Source: Oscillospiraceae bacterium
GTDB taxonomy: Bacteria > Bacillota > Clostridia > Oscillospirales > Ruminococcaceae
NCBI GenBank assembly: GCA_045592405.1
Contig: JAZNUR010000097.1
Coordinates: 7,220-71,219, forward strand
Direction: 5' to 3'
DNA length: 64,000 bases
In this document: positions 9,385 to 18,966 of the stretch, piece by piece
Layout: the number at the start of each line of letters is the position of its first letter
Position numbering within the stretch: position 1 is the first letter of the stretch
Notes under the pieces: model-generated
Databases searched by the model: none
Told to the model about the DNA's origin: nothing
The model's input: only the letters and a program-made list of their open reading frames with translations
Program-made: the position numbers and the translations under genes

Positions 9385-10344
9385 TTAAAAAACATCGTAG
9401 TTCTTAACTGTTTCGGTAGAATCCATCTGCATACCGAGACGGTTCATCAGTTCCATTGCGGCATTATAACCCATCTTCTTCTGACGGTTATTCATTGCGG
9501 CAACTTCCAGAATGACTGCAAGATTTCTGCCGGGCTTGACGGGAATCGTCAGGGACGGCACCTTTACACCAAGCAGGGATACATACTGGATGTCCATGCC
9601 CATACGGTCATAGATCTTTTCGGGATTCCAAAGCTCCATCTCGACAACGAGGTCGATCTTTTCCGTCATCTTTACCGCACCCATACCGAACAGACGGCGA
9701 GCATTGATGATACCGATGCCACGCAGTTCGAGAAAGTGTCGGATATTTTCGGGAGAGCTGCCGACCAGACTGATATTGGAAACTTTGCGAATCTCTACTG
9801 CATCATCCGCTACAAGACGATGACCACGCTTGACAAGCTCGATTGCTGTTTCGCTCTTGCCGACGCCGCTTTCACCGGTAATGAATATGCCCTCACCGTA
9901 GATTTCGATCAGAACACCGTGACGTGTAATACGGGGAGCAAGATTCAGATTCAAAAATGCAATCAGTCCCGACATAAAGTTCGAAGTACTCTCCTTGCTG
10001 CGAAGAAGCGGCATTTCATATTTTTTGGCAAGCTCCAGCATTTCATCAAAATACGGAAGCTCTCTGGTAATGACCAGAGCCGGAAGCTTCTTGGAAATCA
10101 GCTTTTCCAGACGTTCATATCTTGTTTTTTCGTCAATCGTGGACAGATACGCAAATTCCATTTTTCCGATGATCTGGATGCGTTCGGGATTGAAGTATTC
10201 ATAAAACCCCATCAGCTGCAGACCGGGACGGGTAACGTCATTTTCCTCAATGAGTATTTGGGAAGCTTCGCAAGGCATATGGATCACCTCAAGCTTGAAC
10301 TCATCAATAATCTTATTCAGACCAACCGTAAATTTTTCTGCCAT
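9385..10344 (-). CDS. hprK: HPr kinase/phosphorylase
   Basis: GESGVGKSE P-loop and the HprK signature LVADD...LRG. The ATG at 10344 follows AAGGGGTG; the GTG at 10353 in the track lies inside the RBS. Confidence 0.9.
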   Translation of the reverse strand: MAEKFTVGLNKIIDEFKLEVIHMPCEASQILIEENDVTRPGLQLMGFYEYFNPERIQIIGKMEFAYLSTIDEKTRYERLEKLISKKLPALVITRELPYFDEMLELAKKYEMPLLRSKESTSNFMSGLIAFLNLNLAPRITRHGVLIEIYGEGIFITGESGVGKSETAIELVKRGHRLVADDAVEIRKVSNISLVGSSPENIRHFLELRGIGIINARRLFGMGAVKMTEKIDLVVEMELWNPEKIYDRMGMDIQYVSLLGVKVPSLTIPVKPGRNLAVILEVAAMNNRQKKMGYNAAMELMNRLGMQMDSTETVKNYDVF

Positions 10345-10414
10345 GGTATTCACACCCCTTAATTGTTTTGTATTTTATTTGCTGATAGACACAGCAAATC
10401 ATTTTCGTATTTCC

Positions 10415-11500
10415 TTACGGATCAATAATATAACTGCCATCTATTGCTGCGGACTGAACAGACCCATCTCCCGTAAGCTGCAAAACGCAGGAATATCCGT
10501 CGAGCATCTCTTGGATTTCTGCTTTTCTACCCACGGTTTCCGCATCCACGGTAACCACCACACCGGTCGGTGCAAAGGGTTTTCCCGAAGTAAACAGCTC
10601 CGGATTACCGCCGAGAAGTGATTCGCCGTCAACACTGACATAGAATGCAGTTCCCTCTGCTGCTGACTGCATGGCACTCACAAGATCCGCAAGTGCACCG
10701 CCCCTGTCGGACGTACCTGCACGGGGATCAAGCTGCAGCAGATCATCCGCTGTAAAATTCGGAAACGTCAGTCCTTCACAAAGAATGACAGGAAATCCGG
10801 CATCTGCAACTTCTCGTGAAAGATTCATCAGGTAATCCTCTGTAAGCTCACTGAATGGTGAAAGCAGGGGTTTGCCGTTTGCATCCAGCCATTTGTCGGA
10901 TGTTCCGGCAATTCTGTATGCTGCTTCCGCATAGGTCTGCGGATAAACGGAATCCTCCAATGCGTTGAGGGCTGCAACGGGAATATAGCCGCCATCCGTA
11001 ATGGTGTTGTATATCGTTTCCAAGGGCATTGCGGCGATCACAGCACCACTCATGCTGGCATCCGCAAGGGATGTGCCGTAATATAATCTTCCGCCCTCGG
11101 CTTTCAACGGTACGATCACGTGAGACGTTCCTGCAGGCACCTGGGACAGTGCATCTTCAAGTGACTGCTGGGTGGAAAGTGCGGATTTATCAAGATAAAA
11201 TCCGCAAAGCTTCTCATGTTTTGGTGTTGTAAGCTTTGATGTCTGTTCATCGGTTTCCGAGGTTTCGGAAATAGTGGAAGCCTGCGTTTCGTTGGTTTCC
11301 GACACCGATGAGGGCGTGATAATTCCCTGCTTTTCCAGAAAATCCATCACAGGAGCACCGACACTGTATCCCACAAACACGAGAACGCCCACACCCGCAA
11401 CTGTCAGTGTAACTGCACGGGTGTCACGCAGAAATGCTTTCAGTCGTTCAAACCGTGTTCTGTACCGATAGATCTTGCGTCCTTTCGGTTTGATTTTCAT
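10415..11500 (-). CDS. Membrane-anchored hypothetical protein, possibly with a glycoside-hydrolase-like TIM-barrel ectodomain
   Basis: Basic N-terminus, one TM segment (VTLTVAGVGVLVFVGYSVG), a Ser/Thr/Glu linker, then a globular domain of about 260 aa. I recognise no catalytic motif. Confidence 0.5.
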   Translation of the reverse strand: MKIKPKGRKIYRYRTRFERLKAFLRDTRAVTLTVAGVGVLVFVGYSVGAPVMDFLEKQGIITPSSVSETNETQASTISETSETDEQTSKLTTPKHEKLCGFYLDKSALSTQQSLEDALSQVPAGTSHVIVPLKAEGGRLYYGTSLADASMSGAVIAAMPLETIYNTITDGGYIPVAALNALEDSVYPQTYAEAAYRIAGTSDKWLDANGKPLLSPFSELTEDYLMNLSREVADAGFPVILCEGLTFPNFTADDLLQLDPRAGTSDRGGALADLVSAMQSAAEGTAFYVSVDGESLLGGNPELFTSGKPFAPTGVVVTVDAETVGRKAEIQEMLDGYSCVLQLTGDGSVQSAAIDGSYIIDP

Positions 11501-11547
11501 ATGATTTTGTTTTCTCCTCTCCGAGATACTGTGCGTTTTTTTCTATC

Positions 11548-12192
11548 TTACACAGTAATCGCATGGATCGCCATTGACAGCAATCCGATATATACCAATA
11601 TTGCAGGAAAGCCCCGGAATGCTGCCGGAACCTCAGATGCATACAAACGCTTGCGTACTGCAAGCAAAAACAGGGATGCAAGGACAAAGCCCAAACCAAT
11701 CTGCAAGCCAAACAACAGCGAACCGATCACAGTTCTGCCGTCGAGCAGATGCAGCGATATCCCCATAAAATCCGTCGGCACAAAACTTCCCGTCAGAAAA
11801 CGATCCGGTGCAAAGCAAAGGTGCATTGCACCCATGACGGCACAATTAAATGCAGACAAATGAACATACTTCTTGATAGCGGTAAATTTTTTACCGCAAA
11901 TGACGGATAATACCAGCAGCATTACTATATATATGACAGAAATAACTGCGGTATACAAAATCGGACTAAAAACAGCTTCCGGAATGATCATCGGATGCTG
12001 AAGCGGCGGAATGCTCCAGTAAAGCAAGGTGGTCAGTACACAGCCGAGTATGGAAAAACAGGTCATCATCAGTGACAATACCACCAGATTGGAGCGGCTT
12101 TTTGACGCCGCCATCAATGTGCTTGTACCGAGTGCTCTGGAGAAAATCAGATTATCCGCCAGCAACGATATAAATGATGAAAACAACCACAT
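11548..12192 (-). CDS. Divergent RnfA/NqrE-family membrane protein
   Basis: Collinear with RnfA: DNLIFSRALGTST corresponds to NNxVLxxxLGLCP, FNCAVMG to TNCAVLG, and VPAAFRGFPAILVYIGLLSMAI to VPAPFRGxxIALITAGLMSLAF. RBS AGGTGAG. Confidence 0.7.
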   Translation of the reverse strand: MWLFSSFISLLADNLIFSRALGTSTLMAASKSRSNLVVLSLMMTCFSILGCVLTTLLYWSIPPLQHPMIIPEAVFSPILYTAVISVIYIVMLLVLSVICGKKFTAIKKYVHLSAFNCAVMGAMHLCFAPDRFLTGSFVPTDFMGISLHLLDGRTVIGSLLFGLQIGLGFVLASLFLLAVRKRLYASEVPAAFRGFPAILVYIGLLSMAIHAITV

Positions 12193-12202
12193 ATCCGCTC
12201 AC

Positions 12203-12781
12203 CTACTTCTTAGGAAAGAATTTCCGGTGCAGAGCACACAGAATGCCGAGCAGGATGAACCCTGCCCACGGTGCGGAAAAGCCCTGCAGCAGAATCGGCA
12301 TATCCACTACCCTGCCGCAGATGGTTCCATATGCCAGAATTTCACGAATCAGACCAACCACAACAGCAGTCAGGCAGAATCCGGCTATATGGAAAAACAA
12401 GGCAGGCAGCATCAGACGCTTACGAAGTTTGTAGAAATACAGCTCCGAATGCAGTACCACAAAAGAATTGACTGCAAGCAGCGGCAGATAAATACCAATG
12501 GATGCATATTGCAGATAATCGCACAGCATGGCAACGGGAATGTACACCAAAGCAGCAGTTACCGCATACAGGATGATACGGATCGTATAAGGAATACGTC
12601 GTGGGTAGAATGATGCAATGCTCACGGACAAAAACGTAATACAGGAAAATGCAAGTGAGAGAATCAAGGCCTTGGGAAGCGTATTACAGCACACTACAAT
12701 GGGGGCAATGACCATACCTTCCGCAAGAACGGCATTACGTCGGAAAAGTCCATCAATCACGGAAAACTTATTCTGTTTCAT
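12203..12781 (-). CDS. Divergent RnfE/NqrD-family membrane protein
   Basis: RNAVLAEGMVIAP corresponds to NNxALxQxLGLCP, GIYLPLLAVNSFVV to GIFIPLIVTNCIVV, and LIREILAYGTI to LREIxGxGT. Start set at M41 of the track ORF, giving a 14-nt overlap with the upstream gene. Confidence 0.65.
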   Translation of the reverse strand: MKQNKFSVIDGLFRRNAVLAEGMVIAPIVVCCNTLPKALILSLAFSCITFLSVSIASFYPRRIPYTIRIILYAVTAALVYIPVAMLCDYLQYASIGIYLPLLAVNSFVVLHSELYFYKLRKRLMLPALFFHIAGFCLTAVVVGLIREILAYGTICGRVVDMPILLQGFSAPWAGFILLGILCALHRKFFPKK

Positions 12782-13763
12782 GCTCTGCCTCCGTTTCTCC
12801 GATGATTGCTTCAGCGTCCGTATCAGCTGTCCTCTGCTTATCTGCAAGTTCCATTGCATCAAGCTTTCTGCCGATACGTTCCTCAATTTCAGCCAGACCA
12901 TACCAGATAGGATAAGTCAGTACGACGGAAACAACCGGTGCGTACTCAAGTCCGTACCGAACCACCAGATAAAACGTAAATGCTCCTGTCAGCATACTGC
13001 CAAATAATACGGAAAGTCGTCCTTTGGGCATTGCCATAATATCTCCGACAAGGAACACCGTCGAGAAAAGAACCATATTGACAGATGCATACTGCCAGAT
13101 AGGAGTTCTGTCAAACATCGCCAGAAAACTCATTCCAAACAGAAATCCGACTGTTGACCAATATGATACAGAACGTCGCACCAACAGAATGACGAGCACA
13201 ACCAAAAGCAACAGGATGCATCCTGTTCCCATAGGACTGTGCACTGCACCGATCAGCAGATCAAGAAGATCCGTTCTGAGCATCCCCTCCGCATTGAACA
13301 CGCTGCTTAAAGAGCTTTGCAATATTACATCTTCGCTGTCAAACAATGGCAGGTGATTTCCAGCCTGCGGAAAACGCAGAATCTCATCCTTCCAGCAAAG
13401 CACCGCAAACAGATAACCGACTGCAGCAGGCGGGAACAGGTGGTTTCCACGGCTGCCAAACACATGAATACCTACTGCAACCGTGAATACTGTACTGATA
13501 ATAACAACGGCATAGGGTACCGTTGCCGGAAACATCAGCACCATAATGACAGCAGCAGCAATATTTGACAAATCTGCCTTTTTATAGGATTTATTCTGCA
13601 AAAACAGACAGAAGAAATCAACAAGTACTGTTGTAACCACTGCAAGCCCGAGCACTGCCGCTGCACGGATTCCGTAATAGAATACGCTGACCAGACAAAC
13701 TGCAATCAGTGCTATCCAGTATTCCGGACTGCGAAGGCGACGTCCCGTTGCTACTGTATTCAA
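12768..13763 (-). CDS. Divergent RnfD/NqrB-family membrane protein
   Basis: VFGSRGNHLFPPAAVGYL corresponds to LYGGLGQNPFNPAMIGYV. LFSTVFLVGDIMAMPKGRLSVLFGSMLTG corresponds to LSGATMLGAFFILTDPVT..RGRLIFG. Acidic C-terminal tail. 4-nt overlap with the rpe stop. Confidence 0.65.
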   Translation of the reverse strand: MNTVATGRRLRSPEYWIALIAVCLVSVFYYGIRAAAVLGLAVVTTVLVDFFCLFLQNKSYKKADLSNIAAAVIMVLMFPATVPYAVVIISTVFTVAVGIHVFGSRGNHLFPPAAVGYLFAVLCWKDEILRFPQAGNHLPLFDSEDVILQSSLSSVFNAEGMLRTDLLDLLIGAVHSPMGTGCILLLLVVLVILLVRRSVSYWSTVGFLFGMSFLAMFDRTPIWQYASVNMVLFSTVFLVGDIMAMPKGRLSVLFGSMLTGAFTFYLVVRYGLEYAPVVSVVLTYPIWYGLAEIEERIGRKLDAMELADKQRTADTDAEAIIGETEAEHETE

Positions 13764-14422
13764 CCTTCCGTAACCTCCTGTGTGCGATAACGCAGACCTT
13801 CCACAACCGGTTCAAGGTCTTCATGACGGAATAGATAACTGCCCACCACAAATACATTCGCTCCTGCTTCCCATACAATAGGAGCTGTTTCTGCGTTAAT
13901 TCCTCCGTCAACTTCAATCAAAAGCGGAATGCTGCGGCTGTCCGCCTCTCGACGAATGGCTGCAATCTTTTCTGTCATCTCGGGAATATAACCCTGTCCG
14001 CCGAATCCGGGTTCCACAGTCATGACAAGCACCATATCGACCTTGTCCAAAAATGGGAACACTGCTTCCGCCGGTGTTGCCGGTTTTACAGAAATACCTG
14101 CCTTGCAGCCTGCGGCATGAATTGCGTCGATCGTTTTATGAGGATCGCTCACACTTTCATAATGAAATGTGATCATGTCCGCCCCTGCATCCGCAAAAGC
14201 ATCCACATACTTTATGGGATCGGTGATCATAAGATGTACATCTTTATACATGGATGTTGCACCCGAAATGACTTTCAAAATCGGTATGCCAAACGAAATA
14301 TTATTGACAAACACACCGTCCATCACATCAAAATGCAGCATATCTGCTTTCGCATTTTCCAATTTATGAATCACATCTTCAAGATGCAGCAAATCCGCAT
14401 TGAGGATGGATGCAGAAATCAT
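13760..14422 (-). CDS. rpe: Ribulose-phosphate 3-epimerase
   Basis: ISASILNADL N-terminus, HFDVMDG, and the VMTVEPGFGGQ motif. Start is the ATG at 14422. An alternative TTG at 14431 sits closer to the GGAGG RBS. Confidence 0.9.
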   Translation of the reverse strand: MISASILNADLLHLEDVIHKLENAKADMLHFDVMDGVFVNNISFGIPILKVISGATSMYKDVHLMITDPIKYVDAFADAGADMITFHYESVSDPHKTIDAIHAAGCKAGISVKPATPAEAVFPFLDKVDMVLVMTVEPGFGGQGYIPEMTEKIAAIRREADSRSIPLLIEVDGGINAETAPIVWEAGANVFVVGSYLFRHEDLEPVVEGLRYRTQEVTEG

Positions 14423-14482
14423 ATTTTCCAAATTGCACCTCCGCAAGTATCTCGTGTCCACTGTGCATAACTCTACTATTAT

Positions 14483-14511
14483 ATTATACCGAATTATACG
14501 TCTGCCGTCAA
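14483..14511 (-). promoter_or_regulatory. Sigma-A-type promoter for the rpe operon
   Basis: Minus strand has TTGACG, a 17-nt spacer, then TATAAT. Confidence 0.5.
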
Positions 14512-14589
14512 TAGCTCCGAACGCATTTTTCTGAATTTATTTTTTCTGTATCCTCTCGTGAAAATTCTATAGACATCTTGAAAAAGTAC

Positions 14590-14618
14590 TGGACATATCT
14601 ACAAAATTCGTGTATAAT
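14590..14618 (+). promoter_or_regulatory. Sigma-A-type promoter for the FGGY kinase gene
   Basis: TGGACA, a 17-nt spacer, then TATAAT. Confidence 0.45.
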
Positions 14619-14697
14619 GATAGTATATCGGCTGTTTCTTCCATAATCAGCCAAATACAGAGATGAACAGACTTTTTTCTGGATAAAGGAGACAATC

Positions 14698-16161
14698 ATG
14701 AGTAAAAGGGTACTTGCTTTGGATATTGGAGCTGCGGGCGGCCGTATTATGGTCGCCGCATATGACGGTAAAAAACTAAAACTGCAGGAAATACATCGTT
14801 TTCCGAACGAACCTGTTCTATGTGCGGGACATCTTTACTGGGATATCCTTCGGCTGATGCATGAGATCAAATCCGGCCTGCGAAAGGCAAATGCCATCGG
14901 CGGTTTTGACTGTATTGGTATCAATGCCTGGGAAAAGGATTATGGTCTGATTGACAAACGTGGAGCGATCCTTGCCAATCCGTTTCACTATGCAGACAAG
15001 CGTACTGTTGGTATCGAAGAAGATGCAAGAAAGTTCCTATCTGATGAGGCATTGCATCTGTTATCCGTCCACCGCAGCACCAAGGACTGCACAATGTTCC
15101 AGCTGCTTGAACAGGCGATCCACACTCCCGATATACTGGAGCTGGCACAGGCGTTTCTCCCTATTTCCGATCTGATCGCCTATCTGCTGACAGGTGACAT
15201 TTCTACGGAGCGTACCATTGCGGACACAACGCAGCTGTTTGATTCTACGACGGGCGGCTGGTGCTGGAAAAAAATACAGCAGCTCAAACTTCCCGAACAC
15301 ATCTTCCCGACTGTCATGGAAACCGGCAGACAGAAAGGAATGCTTTCCGAAGAAATCTGCAATGAGCTTAGTATTCCTGCGGTTCCTGTCATTGCCGTTT
15401 GCGGCAACGGTACACAATGTGCTGCAACGGCTGTTCCTGCTGCAAATGGAATCCCCTTTGCATTCATCAGCTGCGGAGCGTATTCACGTTTCGGTACAGA
15501 AATCACCAAACCCTTATCCGGCGATATTCTTGCTTCTGTAAATCTTAGCATGGAGGCAGGATTTGGTGATACAATGATGCTGCACAAAAATCTGATGGGA
15601 CTGCGGATGCTGCAGGAGATTCGCCGCATTATGATTCGTCGTGGAAAAACCTATTCCTATTCGGAATTTGAAAAGCTGGCAATGCAGGCAGAATCTGCGG
15701 TTCGTTTTATTGATACGGACGCTCCTGCATTTTCTACGGTTGGTGATATTCCCACAAGAATCCGTGCGTGGTGTATCGAAAGCGGACAACCGGAACCTTC
15801 GGATATTGCTGAAGTCCTGCGGTGTATTTATGAGAGCCTTGCCTGCAAATTCAGGGATACGCTCGACGAAATGCGTTGCTGTACCGGCAAGCAGTTCGGC
15901 TGCATTTATATGCTCGGCGGCAGCAAGGATATGCTGCTCTGTCAGCTGACAGCGGATGTATGCGGTATTCCGGTTTATACCGGTCCTGCTGAAGCCGCAG
16001 CTTACGGAAATGCAGCAATGCAGCTGATTGCGGGTGGAGAGCTTCCCGATATGCAGTCGGCAAGAAACGTGATTGCAGCATCCATTACCATGAAGCAATA
16101 TACACCCAATCCACAGAATGCCTTTATTTATGAGAATTACAGAAAGGTGTTCCATTCATAA
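14698..16161 (+). CDS. FGGY-family sugar kinase, rhamnulokinase-like
   Basis: N-terminus VLALDIGAAGGRIMVAAYDGKKLKLQEIHRFPNEP closely parallels RhaB N-termini. 487 aa. RBS AAGGAG. Confidence 0.8.
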   Translation: MSKRVLALDIGAAGGRIMVAAYDGKKLKLQEIHRFPNEPVLCAGHLYWDILRLMHEIKSGLRKANAIGGFDCIGINAWEKDYGLIDKRGAILANPFHYADKRTVGIEEDARKFLSDEALHLLSVHRSTKDCTMFQLLEQAIHTPDILELAQAFLPISDLIAYLLTGDISTERTIADTTQLFDSTTGGWCWKKIQQLKLPEHIFPTVMETGRQKGMLSEEICNELSIPAVPVIAVCGNGTQCAATAVPAANGIPFAFISCGAYSRFGTEITKPLSGDILASVNLSMEAGFGDTMMLHKNLMGLRMLQEIRRIMIRRGKTYSYSEFEKLAMQAESAVRFIDTDAPAFSTVGDIPTRIRAWCIESGQPEPSDIAEVLRCIYESLACKFRDTLDEMRCCTGKQFGCIYMLGGSKDMLLCQLTADVCGIPVYTGPAEAAAYGNAAMQLIAGGELPDMQSARNVIAASITMKQYTPNPQNAFIYENYRKVFHS

Positions 16162-16225
16162 ACCGAACAATCTTCACATAGAATGGCAGTACAGTGTACT
16201 GCCATTTTTTGCGGAGGTGTTGCAA

Positions 16226-17734
16226 ATGCAGAGAAATATTGCAAAGGATACGTTTCTTCTCACAGTCATACAAATGCTGCTGGATGGGCTGGCGTTGCTT
16301 CTGAATGCATTCATGACCAATACCCTCGGTACGGAGGCAATCGGGGTACTTGCATTGACAGGTTCATTCTTTTCTCTTGCATCTGTTACCGCAAGCGGCA
16401 ATGTGTTCCTGTGTGCAAGCCGTTTTATTTCGGAGGAGATGGGAAAAAACAACAGCAATCCCTCCCGTGTGCTTGGTTACTGCATTGGTATCAGTCTTGC
16501 TCTGAGTATGCTTGTTGCAGCAATTCTCGTCGTCTTTGCTCCATTCTTCAGTGTTCGTTTTCTCAAATCCGCTGCACTGGCATCCCCCATACGTTTGATG
16601 GCGTTCTCACTCCCTTTGCTGACAATTACCGCTTGTCTGCGTGGATATTTCAATGCGAGCTGCCACACGGGAATCTGTGCAATTTCCGATACTGTGGGAT
16701 TTATCATCCGCTGTGTACTCATGGTTGGAATCGTTTGGTGGATCACGCCGAGCACCAATGCCGGAATCTGTATGATGACGGCTTTGTGCACAATTGCAGG
16801 TTCACTTGCAACACTTGTTTATCTGCTTTGGAGTTATCGCAGCAGGCGAGCCGCAAACACAGGGAACGTTTCCATTTCCCTGCTGCGTTATGTCCAGCTT
16901 GCTTTTCCTGTGATGGCAGGGAGCATACTCACTTCATTTCTAAGTTCCGCAAATGACGCCCTCGTCCCCCTGACGCTGCAGCAGGCTGGGAATACCACAT
17001 CGGACGCATTGAGTCAGTTCGGCATTTTCGAAGCGATCATCATTCCGACGCTGTTCTTTCCCTCCACGATTTTATGTTCGCTGTCCGGAATCCTTGTGAC
17101 GGAGACTGCAAGAGAATCAGCAGCGTGCAACAAAATCCGTATTACCATGCTCTCCGAAAAGGTCATACGACAGACCATTGTTTTTGCAGTGTTTGTGACT
17201 GCAATGCTGATTTTGTTCGGCAATAAAATCGGTCTTTTGCTCGGCGGCGGAGAAATCGCCGGAAAAATGATCGTGCTGCTGGCTCCTGTCGTTCCCTTCA
17301 TATATCTTGAAATTGTACTGGAAAGCATTATCAAAGGCATCGGAGCACAGGCGTTTTCATCCCTCAACTATCTTGCGGAATACTTCATCCGCATTTCCGT
17401 GGTGCTGATTTTTATACCGCTGTTCGGATTTTATGGTATCGTTCTCTCTTATTATGCAAGCAATGTTTGCGGCAACATCGCAAGACTTTTCATGATCGTC
17501 CGAAAAACCGATCTGCGGCCACGGTGGGAGAAATTATTGGGAATTCCACTCTTTTCCGTAGTGTTTGCCATTGAGATCCTCAATCTGCTGTTCGCTGTGA
17601 TTCACGTATCACCGCATTCATGCATCCCCGTTATGTGCGTATACGCTCTGCTCTGCGGCGGTATTTATCTGATCGTGCAGAGAATTCTGTTTTCACTCGG
17701 AAACGTTAACTGCAAAAGTCCGAAATCCATTTGA
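16226..17734 (+). CDS. MOP-superfamily (MATE/Wzx/MurJ/SpoVB-like) polytopic flippase or exporter
   Basis: About 500 aa with roughly 12-14 TM segments and a MATE/polysaccharide-biosynthesis-like N-terminus. The ATG at 16226 follows GGAGGTG; the track start at 16118 overlaps the kinase gene. Confidence 0.6.
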   Translation: MQRNIAKDTFLLTVIQMLLDGLALLLNAFMTNTLGTEAIGVLALTGSFFSLASVTASGNVFLCASRFISEEMGKNNSNPSRVLGYCIGISLALSMLVAAILVVFAPFFSVRFLKSAALASPIRLMAFSLPLLTITACLRGYFNASCHTGICAISDTVGFIIRCVLMVGIVWWITPSTNAGICMMTALCTIAGSLATLVYLLWSYRSRRAANTGNVSISLLRYVQLAFPVMAGSILTSFLSSANDALVPLTLQQAGNTTSDALSQFGIFEAIIIPTLFFPSTILCSLSGILVTETARESAACNKIRITMLSEKVIRQTIVFAVFVTAMLILFGNKIGLLLGGGEIAGKMIVLLAPVVPFIYLEIVLESIIKGIGAQAFSSLNYLAEYFIRISVVLIFIPLFGFYGIVLSYYASNVCGNIARLFMIVRKTDLRPRWEKLLGIPLFSVVFAIEILNLLFAVIHVSPHSCIPVMCVYALLCGGIYLIVQRILFSLGNVNCKSPKSI

Positions 17735-17750
17735 TCTCGGACTTTTTCTT
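17715..17750 (+). terminator. Intrinsic terminator after the flippase gene
   Basis: AAAAGTCCGA...TCGGACTTTT stem followed by a T-run. It overlaps the stop codon. Confidence 0.5.
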
Positions 17751-17751
17751 T

Positions 17752-17771
17752 ATTTAGATAAATTTCTAAAT
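17752..17771. promoter_or_regulatory. Operator palindrome 1 (ATTTAGA-N6-TCTAAAT)
   Basis: Perfect 7-bp inverted arms just upstream of the -35 element of the yhfC-sdpR-sdpI promoter. Confidence 0.55.
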
Positions 17772-17776
17772 ACCTA

Positions 17777-17805
17777 TTGACAAATAAATCGTGCTGTGCT
17801 ATAAT
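17777..17805 (+). promoter_or_regulatory. Sigma-A-type promoter of the YhfC-SdpR-SdpI operon
   Basis: TTGACA (17777-17782), a 17-nt spacer, then TGcTATAAT (-10 at 17800-17805). Confidence 0.65.
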
Positions 17806-17829
17806 GTATTTAGACAAACGTCTAAATAC
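17806..17829. promoter_or_regulatory. Operator palindrome 2 (GTATTTAGAC-N4-GTCTAAATAC)
   Basis: Perfect 10-bp arms abutting the -10 element and covering the expected transcription start. Same ATTTAGA-N6-TCTAAAT core as operator 1. Confidence 0.6.
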
Positions 17830-17849
17830 AAAGTTACGGAGGAATTTTT

Positions 17850-18692
17850 ATGGTAAGCACAGCATCCATTATCTGCATCTGCATTGCACTTGCACTGACA
17901 ACAATTATACCAGCCGCACTGGTGATCTGGTACTGCATCAAAAACAAACACCAGAATCTATGGCTTGCGGCACTGCTGGGTGCAGCGGGATTTTTTGTAC
18001 CCCAGATACTGATTCGTGTTCCCATCCTGAACCTGCTTTCCTTGAGTAAGGGATTCCTGGCATTTGCCGAAAATTACTACATCATTTATGCGGTGATTCT
18101 TGCGGCAACTGCAGCAGGTTTTGAGCTGACAGGACGTTACGGTGCTGCAAAAATTCTAAATAAAAATGGTCTTACATTCCGAAAGGCAGCTGCGGCAGGA
18201 CTTGCACACGGCTGTATAGAATCGGTGGTCATTGTTGGACTTGCAAATGTGAATAATCTTCTGTATGCAGTCATGATCAACACAGGTTCATTTGACACCA
18301 TGATAAATGAAGCTGCAGCGACAGCGGGTGTGGATGTCAGTCAGTATGAAGTTCTGAAACAAACATTGATAGACTCCCCTGCACCGATGTTTCTGCTCGG
18401 TGCATATGAGCGTGGCATGACGATCATCTCTCATCTGTTTATGAGCATTCTGGTTTTTTATTTCATGGCAAAGCATCGGACTGCACTTGGTCTGCTTTTC
18501 TGTTTTCTTTTTCATATGTCAATCGACCTCATTGCCGCCATCGGACAGGGACTTACTACACCGTATCTCGGTGAGGTACTGGACACGAATACCATGTATG
18601 TATTCTTGGAAGGAATTGTCACAGTTGCGGCGATTGTAAGCTTGTGCGGTATTCTCAAAATTCGCAAGAAATGGAGTGATATACATGAGTGA
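17850..18692 (+). CDS. YhfC-family intramembrane metalloprotease-like protein
   Basis: 280-aa polytopic membrane protein whose sequence resembles the YhfC family. RBS GGAGG. Confidence 0.65.
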   Translation: MVSTASIICICIALALTTIIPAALVIWYCIKNKHQNLWLAALLGAAGFFVPQILIRVPILNLLSLSKGFLAFAENYYIIYAVILAATAAGFELTGRYGAAKILNKNGLTFRKAAAAGLAHGCIESVVIVGLANVNNLLYAVMINTGSFDTMINEAAATAGVDVSQYEVLKQTLIDSPAPMFLLGAYERGMTIISHLFMSILVFYFMAKHRTALGLLFCFLFHMSIDLIAAIGQGLTTPYLGEVLDTNTMYVFLEGIVTVAAIVSLCGILKIRKKWSDIHE

Positions 18693-18966
18693 TGTATGGG
18701 GTGCAATGGCGGATGGAACAAGACGTGAGATTCTCACGCTTCTGCAAAAGCAGGATCTGACTGCGGGTGAGATCGGGGAACATTTTGATGTTTCGGGAGC
18801 GACGATGTCGCATCATCTGAAAATTTTAAAAGAAGCAGAGCTTGTCCGCACACAGCGGCAAGCACAGAAAATCATCTACAGCCTGAACACCACGGTATTT
18901 CAGGAGTTTCTGAAATCCATGATGGGTATGTTCGGGACACAGGAGGAACATCATGAAGAAGAGTAA
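18685..18966 (+). CDS. ArsR/SmtB-family (SdpR-like) transcriptional repressor
   Basis: ALADxTRRxIL-type winged helix: MADGTRREILTLLQKQDLTAGEIGEHFDVSGATMSHHLKILKEAELV. Overlaps the yhfC stop and the sdpI start. Confidence 0.8.
   Translation: MSDVWGAMADGTRREILTLLQKQDLTAGEIGEHFDVSGATMSHHLKILKEAELVRTQRQAQKIIYSLNTTVFQEFLKSMMGMFGTQEEHHEEE

Noticed and set aside
14508-14699. 63-aa minus-strand ORF in the rpe / kinase divergent region
   Set aside because: It lies across two predicted promoters. It has no RBS, and the ORF is AT-rich and low-complexity.
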